Part shown: positions 1 to 12,254 of the stretch, piece by piece
How the letters are laid out: the number at the start of each line of letters is the position of its first letter
Numbering within the stretch: position 1 is the first letter of the stretch
From: Eukaryota sp. TZLM1-RC
Lineage: Eukaryota; Protista; Metamonada: BaSk clade
DNA length: 64,000 nucleotides
Reading direction: 5' to 3'
Assembly: GCA_040285825.1 (NCBI GenBank)
Contig: JAUPSS010000006.1
Span: 992,001-1,056,000, forward strand
Notes under the pieces: generated by a model
Seen by the model: the letters and a program-made list of their open reading frames with translations, nothing else
Told to the model about the DNA's origin: nothing
Databases searched by the model: none
Translations under genes and position numbers: made by a program

Positions 1-258
1 GTAATGGGTTTATTTTCAAATTGATACCAATTACCCATATGTTTAATGGTCTTACAAATACATTTTGCACCAATTTGTAGTTTTATTGTACAAAGATTAT
101 AATAAATGAAGAAACAATAATTTGCAAGGAGTGACGATTCCATGTACACTGATGTCATGATGTCATGGCAAAATAGGTTTGAGTGAAATCTTGAACCATG
201 CTTAAAAACATGGAAAAAGCGGAATCGTTCTCATTACACATCAATATCAATCAAAATC

Positions 259-2104
259 ATGGAGTCGACACTACCCCCACTATCCAACTTCTCTTCTGTT
301 CCCTTTGTTGCTCGAGCACTTTCATCATTTCCTCTCAGTGTACCAGACCGTCTCACAAGACTCTCGCTTTCACGAAACTCTCTCAAGACATTCTCCTTCC
401 AGTCACGCTCTCTGCAAGTTTTAGATGTCTCTCTCAACCAATTGGAGTCAATTTCTCTAAATTGTCCCAAACTCACAATCCTTGATGTATCTTACAATTA
501 TTTTTCAGATGCCGAGTCCATATCATTTACTCGATCCAAGCTTTCTGTATTTCGTTGTTCTGGCGTTTTTATTGATAAACTTCCTTCATGTCTCTCTAAT
601 TCCAAAAAGTTGCAGTTTTTGGATCTTTCTGAATCTGCCATCACTTCCATTAGACCTCTGCTTCACTTTCGTAGACTTTCTACCCTTCTTCTTCGTTTGT
701 GCTCCTGCCTTGAAGTCGATCTCTCAGATCTTGCCAATTTTACTAACCTCAAATTTGTTGATTTAACCTATGCCAACATCACATCTTTTTCTCCTTCTGG
801 TTCGCAAAATAACGTGTCTCATTTAAACCTATACAAAGCTTTCGGCTTTCCACTAGATCATAATCTATTGAATAAGTTCTTGCCAAGAACCAAGATTGTT
901 TACCCAAATGGAAGATCTAATTTTAACCCCTCGTTCCTACCCCTACAAACCAACTTCAACAATGCTCCATCATTTCTCCTCCCCGCAGCCCCTCTCCTGC
1001 CCCCTCCTCTTGCGTTATCCACACTTCGTTCCAAGCTCACTGATGCCGGCTTCTCTTGTCCCCTGACTCTTCATGAAGATCGTTTTCTTGGGGTGTTCCT
1101 GGGGGCTGCTATCGGTGACAGTAATGGGTTGGCTACTGAGTTCCACATTCCCAGCTTGGCTGCTTGGTACACTCCATATCCTTCACTGCTGACATTTCTT
1201 CTCAACAATGATCATCAAAGAGCTTCTTATATCCCTGGTTCGTTCCATCACTCCGTTTCTTACCACAGGTCACTGGACAGACGACACTTCACAGGCCATT
1301 CTCATAGCCCGAACACTCTCTGAGACTCGTGACATTTCCTCAATTCCTTCAACGTTTGCTGCAAAGCTTAAACACTGGTGTGAGTATGGATTTTCTGAAC
1401 TTGGAGATGTTAATGGAGTAGGTACAGGAAGAGAGGTAAAAAAGGTTGTTTCAGATTCATCATTTTTGTCTTGTCCACTTGAAACTGCTCTTAGAATCCG
1501 ATCCCTAGGCTTAACTTCTCCTCAGAATGGAGCCTTGATGAGAACTTTCCCTATTGGGTTAACTCAACCAAATGATGAGGTATGGGTGAAGGAAGCAGCT
1601 AGAATGTTTGCAATGACTACCCACCCTGATCCAAGGGCCCAAGTGTCTTGTGTTATAGTGTCGCTTCTCATTGCAAGGTTGATGAGAGGAGAGGAGGTTA
1701 AGGAGGTGGAAGAACTACATCAAGTGGTGCTTGAAGCAATAAAGTTCATTGATGAATTGAATAATGGTAAGCTAAATGTTGATCACTTGGATTCTTTCCT
1801 TTCAGTCGATTGTTTTGATGATTTAGATTTGGGTGACTCAAAAGATATGGGTTATACTTATAGAACATTAGGGGCTTCATTGCTGTCATTGAGAAAATTT
1901 CTTCAAGGTGAGGTTTTTGAAGATTTGCTTGGTAGGTTGATTGTAAGTGGTGGTGATGCTGATACTAATTGTTGTGTTACTGGAGCACTTTTAGGGGGTT
2001 ATTTAGGATTTTCTGGTCTCTCAAAGGAACTTATTGCAAGGTTACCTTATTACAGTTTTCTAATTGACGAAGCGGCCCGGCTTTGGAAGTCTATTAAAGA
2101 GTAA
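259..2104 (+). CDS. Leucine-rich-repeat + ADP-ribosylglycohydrolase (ARH/DraG family) fusion, 2 exons (259-1237, 1269-2104), ~604 aa
   Basis: N-terminal LxxLxLSxN repeats (LTRLSLSRN, LQVLDVSLN, LTILDVSYN, LQFLDLSES), a Pro-rich linker, then ARH motifs GAAIGDSNG..EF, WTDDT, NGALMR, THPDP, GGDADTN. Removing 1238-1268 joins ORFs 259-1323 and 1208-2104 in frame (SYIPG-HWTDDT). Confidence 0.85.
1238..1268 (+). other. 31-nt spliceosomal intron
   Basis: GTTCGT...TTCTTACCACAG; removal restores the frame and the G-x-WTDDT motif. Confidence 0.85.
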
Positions 2105-2231
2105 CAGCTTACCATCATTTTTACTATTTTTTTATTAAATATTAGAATGTTTTTAAATCAATACCATTTTGGTCTTCTACATCGTCCAAATTAACCTTTT
2201 GTATCCCATTTTGCTATTGATGATTGATTAG

Positions 2232-2880
2232 TTACACTTTTGATCTAAAAGTAATAAATCGATTACAATTAAATAAATGAGTTGGAGTGACAGTCTTTCC
2301 ACATTTACAAATTAATCCATGAGGAAGATTATCAATCAAAATAAACGATTGAAGACACATAGATAATAAAAAGCAAGGGTCATTGAGAAACAAATCATAA
2401 GTTCTTAGAACTTGATTAATTAAATAAGACGTAGAACTATCGCAAACATCCAGTAAAAATTTTGCAAAAGCGGGATTTGTTTTGTTTGTCAAGACGTACA
2501 TAATTATTTAAGCTTTCAAATATTACTCCCAGTTTTTGTTAAAGCTTCTTTACAATACCCCAAATTAACTAAATTTCGTGGAGGAATCCCTTGAACTGAG
2601 TCGCGAAAACATTGACACCAAATTTCTGGTGCAATTTTTTTAATGGCAACATCAAGGTCATACAAATATTTTGAAAATGATGGACTAAGCAAATAAATAT
2701 CTTCAGGGAAACGATTAAGAGATTCAAAATTAAAATTTTTGCCACCACCAACAAAAGCTGCTTGACAAAGAATTGAAGATTTGGTAAAGCCAACACCACC
2801 AAATTGAGAAGATAAGAACAAGAAAAAAACTCAAAAAACGAAGCACTTCTTGAGGATAAATGGGAAAAGGAATTTTTCAA
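2232..2880 (-). pseudogene. Degenerate CRE-like non-LTR retrotransposon fragment (post-RT region to zinc finger)
   Basis: ORF pieces FGGVGFTKSSILCQAAFVGGGK and ICKCGKTVTPTHLFNCNRFITFRSKV are homologous to the RT elements later in the window. Confidence 0.75.
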
Positions 2881-3352
2881 TTATTAATTAATTTTAATAT
2901 CTGTGATTTCATTACCAATTAATAATCATTTTCTGGTATTCAAGTGAAGTTCTATATCTACCTATTGTAAAGCAATTTCAATTGCAGCTTTTTGGACAAC
3001 AACATCTTGCGATGCGACTCATAACCAACTCAATGTTTTGGGTCGCTTTAGGACCCCCGGTCAAAGATTCAGAGAAGATTTGGTGATGATTAGTTGAACC
3101 GTTTTTTGAATAGATGCACCTCTTTTCTTTTCTACCAGGCTTAGCCTTGGCTATAACGCACAATCATAATTTATGGAAAATCCATGAATATTCATTTCAA
3201 TCAATCAAATTTGGCACTTCAATTAATTAGTGACGGAGTCACATCAGGTGAAATAAGTGAAGCTTACTTATTTGGCTTGGTTTCATTTCGTTTTGTTCAA
3301 TGAATTTCTAATCAATCCAATAAATGACAAATGATTCTCTATTTTCAAATTT

Positions 3353-5059
3353 TTGTTCCTCAGGGAGTTTTGTTTTGATCCCAACATGTCCTCTGCCTCC
3401 TTCTCCCCCTGCCGAGAAATCTCTCCCAATGAAATCACCATTGACCTTGTCAACGGAGAGATCGGGCGTGGTGGTTTCGCTACTGTTTTCGCCGCTCAGT
3501 GGTTCTCCCACTTCGTTGCCATTAAAGTTGTTGCTCTTACAAACGAAGGGGAGACCAACCTTAAGAAGGAACTCGGACTTTTATCTCTCCTCAACCATCC
3601 TGGCATTATCCGCGTCTATGGAGTTACCTACCTCGACGGTAAAATGGGTATTGTCATGGATCGTGCCTCTTCTTCCCTCCACACACCCTCCCCTCTATCT
3701 CGCAGGTCGCTTTCACACGCGATCTCCATTACCTCTGCTCTTCAATTTCACTCGAACAACTTTATCCATAGAAATTTAAAGCCCCAGAACATTCTTATGG
3801 TTGATGGTCGCCCCAAAATCTCTGATTTTGGAACTTCTAAAATTATTGCTGAAACAGCCACCCTGAAAACCATTAATGCCATGACGCCCAAATATGCTGC
3901 CTTGGAAGCCTTTGATAACAATTCAACCCAAGAAAGTGATATTTACTCCTAGGGATAATTCTATATGAATTATTTACAAATAAAATCGCCTTTGAGGGTA
4001 TCAACTCTCAAATAGCTTTATTAGGAGCCAAATATAATGGTACTAAGTTACCATTTGATGAAACAACTCGTGTATCATTACAAAATATTATCAATAACTG
4101 CATGGATAATTATCCATCAAACAGGCCTAGTATTAACCGAATTTTGGAGGTTTTGAATGATTTGGAATGTGAATTTGAAATTGTGAATAAACAGGAAAAT
4201 CGCAGTCCTGATGATCATTTTTTATCCGATTTGCATCCAAATAGTCAAAAAAATCAAAAATTAGCGGAATTGAACAGTCAACAGTCTGAAAAAATTAAAG
4301 GTCAAAGTCAACAATTAGAAAAGCTTAATATTGAAATTCTAAATTTACATGCTATTGTTGAGGAATTATTCAATCAAAACGAAGTATTAAAACGATATGT
4401 TCAAACAAATGACCAACCAATTCAGCCAAGTTTTTCATTAATTAAGGTCTGTTTGTGGGTTGATGTCAGGTTCCATGATGATATTTCTCAAAAACTGAAG
4501 AGAGGATTTTTTCAAAATTGGCCCCATCTTGAGGTACAAATTTTTTCTGCTGATGAACCAAATTCAATCAGCATTTACAATTTTGATGCATTTGATTAAG
4601 ACAATGTTGGTTTACCTGTCCAAGCCACACTACTTGAAAAAATTGTAAAAGCTGGTAAAGGTTTGGTTTTGTTCTTTTGGAAACAACATTAGGGGTGATT
4701 TTAAATATGGACCATTTAAGGGTTTGAGATGTTACAAATTTTTTGATTCTGTCGTTGGACTAGGTCGTTACAAGAAGAATGATTTAATTATGAAATCAGT
4801 CAAGTCTTTTTCTTGTGTTTATGGTGCACACTACAGTTCTATTACTCCTGAATTTCAAACTGTTGCCACTTTGAAAAATGGAGATCCTTTTTTGAAGAGA
4901 CAATTTAACAAAAGTAGAGTGGTGGATTTTGCTTCAGTGGGATATAGTATTGATAGTGGTTATTTCGGTGGATGGCAAAGCTCCACAGATGGTCATTTAT
5001 TGATTGCAAATTCAATAGTTTGGGTGTCTGACAATAGTTTGGGAAGGGATCAACATTGA
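3353..5059 (+). pseudogene. Protein kinase (TKL-like) pseudogene with coiled-coil and C-terminal domain
   Basis: IGRGGFATV, VAIK, HRNLKPQN (catalytic Asp replaced by Asn), DFG, YAALE. A 1-nt frameshift at ~3949 hides DIYSLGIILYELF, which continues into ORF 4102 (NRPS, subdomain XI). Further disruptions at ~4599-4720. Confidence 0.8.
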
Positions 5060-5585
5060 GCTTGCCTAATTATCTTTGTTAAATTTGACCCATAAATTTT
5101 ATTATGTATTGGGTCATTGATATAATTGAAGTTTTTTTTATTCATAATTATTTTGTTTATTATTCACAGATTTTCAGGGGTTATACAAATTCACCATTTG
5201 ATTCAAAGTTCAAAACAAAATGATTGCTGCTCTACTGACCTAATTCCTGAGAATGCTTCACTTGTTGCATGTCTTCTCCAATCTATCAACCAATGTATGT
5301 CTTTTTTGAGTTAAGCTTTACGAATCTACATGAACTACATGAATTTTATTTGATGATCACATTGGTTTACCATATCTACTTATTAGATCACACCACATTT
5401 TTTTAAACACGAAGTTTTTTCATTCTTGGTAAGTAGTTGAAAGGAAATAGAAATGTGATTGATAGAAGTTTTTTTTGAAGTGACTTCCTACACGTTACCT
5501 TTCTCATTTCGTTTTCATTTTGGGCATCAAAGGAGTACATTTTTTCAACGACTTTTTATTTAAACAAAAACAAAAATGTTAAAAA

Positions 5586-5758
5586 CTAAAAATCTATTTC
5601 CTCAAACTCTACATCTACCATTGAAAATTTACCTTCAACCTTTTCTTCATAATATCTTCCTAGTGATAACAACGAGCTAGAAACAAGGCCATGCATCCCC
5701 TTAAAAATGGAAAATACAATTCTATTTTGCCAAAAGGTTCGGTCAAATATTCTTCCAG
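5586..5758 (-). mobile_element. 3' end of a family C non-LTR element, interrupted by the gag-LTR array
   Basis: Encodes GRIFDRTFWQNRIVFSIFKG...EEIDF*, homologous to the C-termini of families A and B; directly continues the sequence that stops at 29648 (..IVKKTG). Confidence 0.8.
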
Positions 5759-5872
5759 TGTTGTTGTTGAACTCAAATTGAATTAGTAGGTTTCTTTGTA
5801 TTTCGACTGATGACGTGATACTCATTTATGAATCAGTTTTATTAATAAACAACAGATTTCTCTCTCTCCTTC

Positions 5873-6628
5873 ATGACTGTTCCTTCTGTCAACCTCCCGT
5901 CTCTTTCTTCCATGAAAGTTCAAAGTGTTCTCTTGTTCCTACAAGAGTGGAAGATCTATTCTTCTGTGACTTCTAAGAAAGAGCTTGTTCCAGCAAGACT
6001 CTTGGTCGATTCTTTTCTGTTAGAATCCCTATCTCTCCAGAAATCCGACGTCTCTTCCAGTGACGATGTTCTTCTTAGACATCTACAATCTGTCGTATCG
6101 TTCGCCACGTACGAAAATTTTAGTCTGGCTATGTCAGAACTGAAGCTTGATGTCCGTATTGGTGACGTCCGAGAACGTATGTCCTGTTACCTGCAACGTT
6201 TCCTCCAGGTAAAGAGTAGGGCTTCCGGACTGAAGTTACCAGACACAGCTTTTCTGAATCGATTTGCCAGAGGAATTCTTCCCGTAGGTCTTCAACGTTC
6301 TCTACTAGCGAGCATTCGAAATGATGTATTCCCAGATCTTCACTCTCTTGTCGAAACCACTACTGATGAGCTGTTGAACTGCTCTAGGGTTGCTTCATGG
6401 ACTCGTGGTTTCAAAACCTCAGTGAATGATGTGGAACGTACGGCTGGCACTAAAACGAGGTCCTCTTGGCGCTCTCAGGATTTAAAAAATCAATCGTGCT
6501 TCAAGTGCCACAAGCCTGGACACATCTCCCGCGATTGTCCATCTAAAATCAAACATGAGGTAAATTATTTGTGTCACACAAACGATGCACCAAAGAGTTT
6601 AACAAACCCCATACCTTCCCTCTATTGA
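5873..6628 (+). CDS. gag: Retrotransposon Gag-like protein with CCHC zinc knuckle, copy 1 (251 aa)
   Basis: CFKCHKPGHISRDC (CX2CX4HX4C) near the C-terminus; lies between LTR and PPT. Confidence 0.85.
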   Translation: MTVPSVNLPSLSSMKVQSVLLFLQEWKIYSSVTSKKELVPARLLVDSFLLESLSLQKSDVSSSDDVLLRHLQSVVSFATYENFSLAMSELKLDVRIGDVRERMSCYLQRFLQVKSRASGLKLPDTAFLNRFARGILPVGLQRSLLASIRNDVFPDLHSLVETTTDELLNCSRVASWTRGFKTSVNDVERTAGTKTRSSWRSQDLKNQSCFKCHKPGHISRDCPSKIKHEVNYLCHTNDAPKSLTNPIPSLY

Positions 6629-6783
6629 GCCAGTACTGTATTTGTCCTCAGAAAAGTGGGAAAAAGTAGTGTTGTTGTTGAACTCAAATTGAATTAGTAG
6701 GTTTCTTTGTATTTCGACTGATGACGTGATACTCATTTATGAATCAGTTTTATTAATAAACAACAGATTTCTCTCTCTCCTTC

Positions 6784-7540
6784 ATGACTGTTCCTTCTGT
6801 CAACCTCCCGTCTCTTTCTTCCATGAAAGTTCAAAGTGTTCTCTTGTTCCTACAAGAGTGGAAGATCTATTCTTCTGTGACTTCTAAGAAAGAGCTTGTT
6901 CCAGCAAGACTCTTGGTCGATTCTTTTCTGTTAGAATCCCTATCTCTCCAGAAATCCGACGTCTCTTCCAGTGACGATGTTCTTCTTAGACATCTACAAT
7001 CTGTCGTATCGTTCGCCACGTACGAAAATTTTAGTCTGGCTATGTCAGAACTGAAGCTTGATGTCCGTATTGGTGACGTCCGAGAACGTATGTCCTGTTA
7101 CCTGCAACGTTTCCTCCAGGTAAAGAGTAGGGCTTCCGGACTGAAGTTACCAGACACAGCTTTTTCTGAATCGATTTGCCAGAGGAATTCTTCCCGTAGG
7201 TCTTCAACGTTCTCTACTAGCGAGCATTCGAAATGATGTATTCCCAGATCTTCACTCTCTTGTCGAAACCACTACTGATGAGCTGTTGAACTGCTCTAGG
7301 GTTGCTTCATGGACTCGTGGTTTCAAAACCTCAGTGAATGATGTGGAACGTACGGCTGGCACTAAAACGAGGTCCTCTTGGCGCTCTCAGGATTTAAAAA
7401 ATCAATCGTGCTTCAAGTGCCACAAGCCTGGACACATCTCCCGCGATTGTCCATCTAAAATCAAACATGAGGTAAATTATTTGTGTCACACAAACGATGC
7501 ACCAAAGAGTTTAACAAATCCCATACCTTCCCTCTATTGC
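6784..7540 (+). pseudogene. gag: Gag copy 2 (homopolymer frameshift ~7160; stop TGA read as TGC)
   Basis: Near-identical to copy 1; extra T in the GCTTTT run. Confidence 0.8.
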
Positions 7541-7695
7541 GCCAGTACTGTATTTGTCCTCAGAAAAGTGGGAAAAAGTAGTGTTGTTGTTGAACTCAAA
7601 TTGAATTAGTAGGTTTCTTTGTATTTCGACTGATGACGTGATGCTCATTTATGAATCAGTTTTATTAATAAACAACAGATTTCTCTCTCTTCTTC

Positions 7696-8451
7696 ATGAC
7701 TGTTCCTTCTGTCAACCTCCCGTCTCTTTCTTCCATGAAAGTTGAAAGTGTTCTCTTGTTCCTACAAGAGTGGAAGATCTATTCTTCTGTGACTTCTAAG
7801 AAAGAGCTTGTTCCAGCAAGACTCTTGGTCGATTCTTTTCTGTTAGAGTCTCTATCTCTCCAGAAATCCGACGTCTCTTCCAGTGACGATGTTCTTCTTA
7901 GACATCTACAATCTGTCGTATCGTTCGCCACGTACGAAGATTTTAGTCTGGCTATGTCAGAACTGAAGCTTGATGTCCGTATTGGTGACGTCCGAGAACG
8001 TATGTCCTGTTACCTGCGACGTTTCCTCCAGGTAAAGAGTAGGGCTTCCGGACTGAAGTTACCAGACACAGCTTTTCTGAATCGATTTGCCAGAGGAATT
8101 CTTCCCGTAGGTCTTCAACGTTCTCTACTAGCGAGCATTCGAAATGATGTATTCCCAGATCTTCACTCTCTTGTCGAAACCACTACTGATGAGCTGTTGG
8201 ACTGCTCTAGGGTTGCTTCATGGACTCGTGGTTTCAAAACCTCAGTGAATGATGTGGAACGTACGGCTGGCACTAAAACGAGGTCCTCTTGGCGCTCTCA
8301 GGATTTAAAAAATCAATCGTGCTTCAAGTGCCACAAGCCTGGACACATCTCCCGCGATTGTCCATCTAAAATCAAACATGAGGTAAATTATTTGTGTCAT
8401 ACAAACGATGCACCAAAGAGTTTAACAAACCCCATATCTTCCCTCTATTGA
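7696..8451 (+). CDS. gag: Gag copy 3 (251 aa)
   Basis: Intact ORF with zinc knuckle. Confidence 0.85.
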   Translation: MTVPSVNLPSLSSMKVESVLLFLQEWKIYSSVTSKKELVPARLLVDSFLLESLSLQKSDVSSSDDVLLRHLQSVVSFATYEDFSLAMSELKLDVRIGDVRERMSCYLRRFLQVKSRASGLKLPDTAFLNRFARGILPVGLQRSLLASIRNDVFPDLHSLVETTTDELLDCSRVASWTRGFKTSVNDVERTAGTKTRSSWRSQDLKNQSCFKCHKPGHISRDCPSKIKHEVNYLCHTNDAPKSLTNPISSLY

Positions 8452-8606
8452 GCCAGTACTGTATTTGTCCTCAGAAAAGTGGGAAAAAGTAGTGTTGTTG
8501 TTGAACTCAAATTGAATTAGTAGGTTTCTTTGTATTTCGACTGATGACGTGATACTCATTTATGAATCAGTTTTATTAATAAACAACAGATTTCTCTCTC
8601 TCCTTC

Positions 8607-9364
8607 ATGACTGTTCCTTCTGTCAACCTCCCGTCTCTTTCTTCCATGAAAGTTGAAAGTGTTCTCTTGTTCCTACAAGAGTGGAAGATCTATTCTTCTG
8701 TGACTTCTAAGAAAGAGCTTGTTCCAGCAAGACTCTTGGTCGATTCTTTTCTGTTAGAGTCTCTATCTCTCCAGAAATCCGACGTCTCTTCCAGTGACGA
8801 TGTTCTTCTTAGACATCTACAATCTGTCGTATCGTTCGCCACGTACGAAGATTTTAGTCTGGCTATGTCAGAACTGAAGCTTGATGTCCGTATTGGTGAC
8901 GTCCGAGAACGTATGTCCTGTTACCTGCGACGTTTCCTCCAGGTAAAGAGTAGGGCTTCCGGACTGAAGTTACCAGACACAGCTTTTTCTGAATCGATTT
9001 GCCAGAGGAATTCTTCCCGTAGGTCTTCAACGTTCTCTACTAGCGAGCATTCGAAATGATGTATTCCCAGATCTTCACTCTCTTGTCGAAACCACTACTG
9101 ATGAGCTGTTGGACTGCTCTAGGGTTGCTTCATGGACTCGTGGTTTCAAAACCTCAGTGAATGATGTGGAACGTACGGCTGGCACTAAAACGAGGTCCTC
9201 TTGGCGCTCTCAGGATTTAAAAAATCAATCGTGCTTCAAGTGCCACAAGCCTGGACACATCTCCCGCGATTGTCCATCTAAAAATCAAACATGAGGTAAA
9301 TTATTTGTGTCACACAAACGATGCACCAAAGAGTTTAACAAACCCCATATCTTCCCTCTATTGA
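8607..9364 (+). pseudogene. gag: Gag copy 4 (two homopolymer frameshifts, possibly sequencing error)
   Basis: Extra T at ~8985 and extra A at ~9282; otherwise near-identical to copy 3. Confidence 0.8.
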
Positions 9365-9519
9365 GCCAGTACTGTATTTGTCCTCAGAAAAGTGGGAAAA
9401 AGTAGTGTTGTTGTTGAACTCAAATTGAATTAGTAGGTTTCTTTGTATTTCGACTGATGACGTGATACTCATTTATGAATCAGTTTTATTAATAAACAAC
9501 AGATTTCTCTCTCTCCTTC

Positions 9520-10275
9520 ATGACTGTTCCTTCTGTCAACCTCCCGTCTCTTTCTTCCATGAAAGTTGAAAGTGTTCTCTTGTTCCTACAAGAGTGGAAG
9601 ATCTATTCTTCTGTGACTTCTAAGAAAGAGCTTGTTCCAGCAAGACTCTTGGTCGATTCTTTTCTGTTAGAGTCTCTATCTCTCCAGAAATCCGACGTCT
9701 CTTCCAGTGACGATGTTCTTCTTAGACATCTACAATCTGTCGTATCGTTCGCCACGTACGAAGATTTTAGTCTGGCTATGTCAGAACTGAAGCTTGATGT
9801 CCGTATTGGTGACGTCCGAGAATGTATGTCCTGTTACCTGCGACGTTTCCTCCAGGTAAAGAGTAGGGCTTCCGGACTGAAGTTACCAGACACAGCTTTT
9901 CTGAATCGATTTGCCAGAGGAATTCTTCCCGTAGGTCTTCAACGTTCTCTACTAGCGAGCATTCGAAATGATGTATTCCCAGATCTTCACTCTCTTGTCG
10001 AAACCACTACTGATGAGCTGTTGGACTGCTCTAGGGTTGCTTCATGGACTCGTGGTTTCAAAACCTCAGTGAATGATGTGGAACGTACGGCTGGCACTAA
10101 AACGAGGTCCTCTTGGCGCTCTCAGGATTTAAAAAATCAATCGTGCTTCAAGTGCCACAAGCCTGGACACATCTCCCGCGATTGTCCATCTAAAATCAAA
10201 CATGAGGTAAATTATTTGTGTCACACAAACGATGCACCAAAGAGTTTAACAAACCCCATATCTTCCCTCTATTGA
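9520..10275 (+). CDS. gag: Gag copy 5 (251 aa)
   Basis: Intact ORF with zinc knuckle. Confidence 0.85.
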   Translation: MTVPSVNLPSLSSMKVESVLLFLQEWKIYSSVTSKKELVPARLLVDSFLLESLSLQKSDVSSSDDVLLRHLQSVVSFATYEDFSLAMSELKLDVRIGDVRECMSCYLRRFLQVKSRASGLKLPDTAFLNRFARGILPVGLQRSLLASIRNDVFPDLHSLVETTTDELLDCSRVASWTRGFKTSVNDVERTAGTKTRSSWRSQDLKNQSCFKCHKPGHISRDCPSKIKHEVNYLCHTNDAPKSLTNPISSLY

Positions 10276-10433
10276 GCCAGTACTGTATTTGTCCTCAGAA
10301 AAGTGGGAAAAAAAGTAGTGTTGTTGTTGAACTCAAATTGAATTAGTAGGTTTCTTTTGTATTTCGACTGATGACGTGATACTCATTTATGAATCAGTTT
10401 TATTAATAAACAACAGATTTCTCTCTCTCCTTC

Positions 10434-11189
10434 ATGACTGTTCCTTCTGTCAACCTCCCGTCTCTTTCTTCCATGAAAGTTGAAAGTGTTCTCTTGTTCC
10501 TACAAGAGTGGAAGATCTATTCTTCTGTGACTTCTAAGAAAGAGCTTGTTCCAGCAAGACTCTTGGTCGATTCTTTTCTCTTAGAGTCTCTATCTCTCCA
10601 GAAATCCGACGTCTCTTCCAGTGACGATGTTCTTCTTAGACATCTACAATCTGTCGTATCGTTCGCCACGTACGAAGATTTTAGTCTGGCTATGTCAGAA
10701 CTGAAGCTTGATGTCCGTATTGGTGACGTCCGAGAACGTATGTCCTGTTACCTGCGACGTTTCCTCCAGGTAAAGAGTAGGGCTTCCGGACTGAAGTTAC
10801 CAGACACAGCTTTTCTGAATCGATTTGCCAGAGGAATTCTTCCCGTAGGTCTTCAACGTTCTCTACTAGCGAGCATTCGAAATGATGTATTCCCAGATCT
10901 TCACTCTCTTGTCGAAACCACTACTGATGAGCTGTTGGACTGCTCTAGGGTTGCTTCATGGACTCGTGGTTTCAAAACCTCAGTGAATGATGTGGAACGT
11001 ACGGCTGGCACTAAAACGAGGTCCTCTTGGCGCTCTCAGGATTTAAAAAATCAATCGTGCTTCAAGTGCCACAAGCCTGGACACATCTCCCGCGATTGTC
11101 CATCTAAAATCAAACATGAGGTAAATTATTTGTGTCACACAAACGATGCACCAAAGAGTTTAACAAACCCCATATCTTCCCTCTATTGA
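10434..11189 (+). CDS. gag: Gag copy 6 (251 aa)
   Basis: Intact ORF with zinc knuckle. Confidence 0.85.
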   Translation: MTVPSVNLPSLSSMKVESVLLFLQEWKIYSSVTSKKELVPARLLVDSFLLESLSLQKSDVSSSDDVLLRHLQSVVSFATYEDFSLAMSELKLDVRIGDVRERMSCYLRRFLQVKSRASGLKLPDTAFLNRFARGILPVGLQRSLLASIRNDVFPDLHSLVETTTDELLDCSRVASWTRGFKTSVNDVERTAGTKTRSSWRSQDLKNQSCFKCHKPGHISRDCPSKIKHEVNYLCHTNDAPKSLTNPISSLY

Positions 11190-11342
11190 GCCAGTACTGT
11201 ATTTGTCCTCAGAAAAGTGGGAAAAAGTAGTGTTGTTGTTGAACTCAAATTGAATTAGTAGGTTTCTTTGTATTTCGACTGATGACGTGATACTCATTTA
11301 TGAATCAGTTTTATTAATAAACAACAGATTTCTCTCTCCTTC

Positions 11343-12099
11343 ATGACTGTTCCTTCTGTCAACCTCCCGTCTCTTTCTTCCATGAAAGTTGAAAGTGTTC
11401 TCTTGTTCCTACAAGAGTGGAAGATCTATTCTTCTGTGACTTCTAAGAAAGAGCTTGTTCCAGCAAGACTCTTGGTCGATTCTTTTCTGTTAGAGTCTCT
11501 ATCTCTCCAGAAATCCGACGTCTCTTCCAGTGACGATGTTCTTCTTAGACATCTACAATCTGTCGTATCGTTCGCCACGTACGAAGATTTTAGTCTGGCT
11601 ATGTCAGAACTGAAGCTTGATGTCCGTATTGGTGACGTCCGAGAACGTATGTCCTGTTACCTGCGACGTTTCCTCCAGGTAAAGAGTAGGGCTTCCGGAC
11701 TGAAGTTACCAGACACAGCTTTTCTGAATCGATTTGCCAGAGGAATTCTTCCCGTAGGTCTTCAACGTTCTCTACTAGCGAGAATTCGAGATGATGTATT
11801 CCCAGATCTTCACTCTCTTGTCGAAACCACTACTGATGAGCTGTTGGACTGCTTTAGGGTTGCTTCATGGACTCGTGGTTTCAAAAACCTCAGTGAATGA
11901 TGTGGAACGTACGGCTGGCACTAAAACGAGGTCCTCTTGGCGCTCTCAGGATTTAAAAAATCAATCGTGCTTCAAGTGCCACAAGCCTGGACACATCTCC
12001 CGCGATTGTCCATCTAAAATCAAACATGAGGTAAATTATTTGTGTCACACAAACGATGCACCAAAGAGTTTAACAAACCCCATATCTTCCCTCTATTGA
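11343..12099 (+). pseudogene. gag: Gag copy 7 (one homopolymer frameshift ~11885)
   Basis: Overlapping ORFs 11343-11900 and 11791-12099 reconstruct the 251-aa protein. Confidence 0.8.
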
Positions 12100-12254
12100 G
12101 CCAGTACTGTATTTGTCCTCAGAAAAGTGGGAAAAAGTAGTGTTGTTGTTGAACTCAAATTGAATTAGTAGGTTTCTTTGTATTTCGACTGATGACGTGA
12201 TACTCATTTATGAATCAGTTTTATTAATAAACAACAGATTTCTCTCTCTCCTTC

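Noticed and set aside
5586-5825. 79-aa ORF as a real gene
   Set aside because: Chimeric read across the LTR (antisense) into a LINE C-terminus; the same applies to 13193-13378 and 22502-22702.
5807-5840. Hammerhead ribozyme in the LTR (CTGATGA core; also in gag at ~6363), which would make this a retrozyme
   Set aside because: No correctly placed GAAA after a stem II; ACTGAT pairs with downstream ATCAGT in a simple hairpin. A covariance-model scan would settle it.
6560-6670. Programmed frameshift or read-through from gag into pol
   Set aside because: Only ~40 nt, mostly PPT, separate the stop from the LTR; no protease or RT sequence follows.
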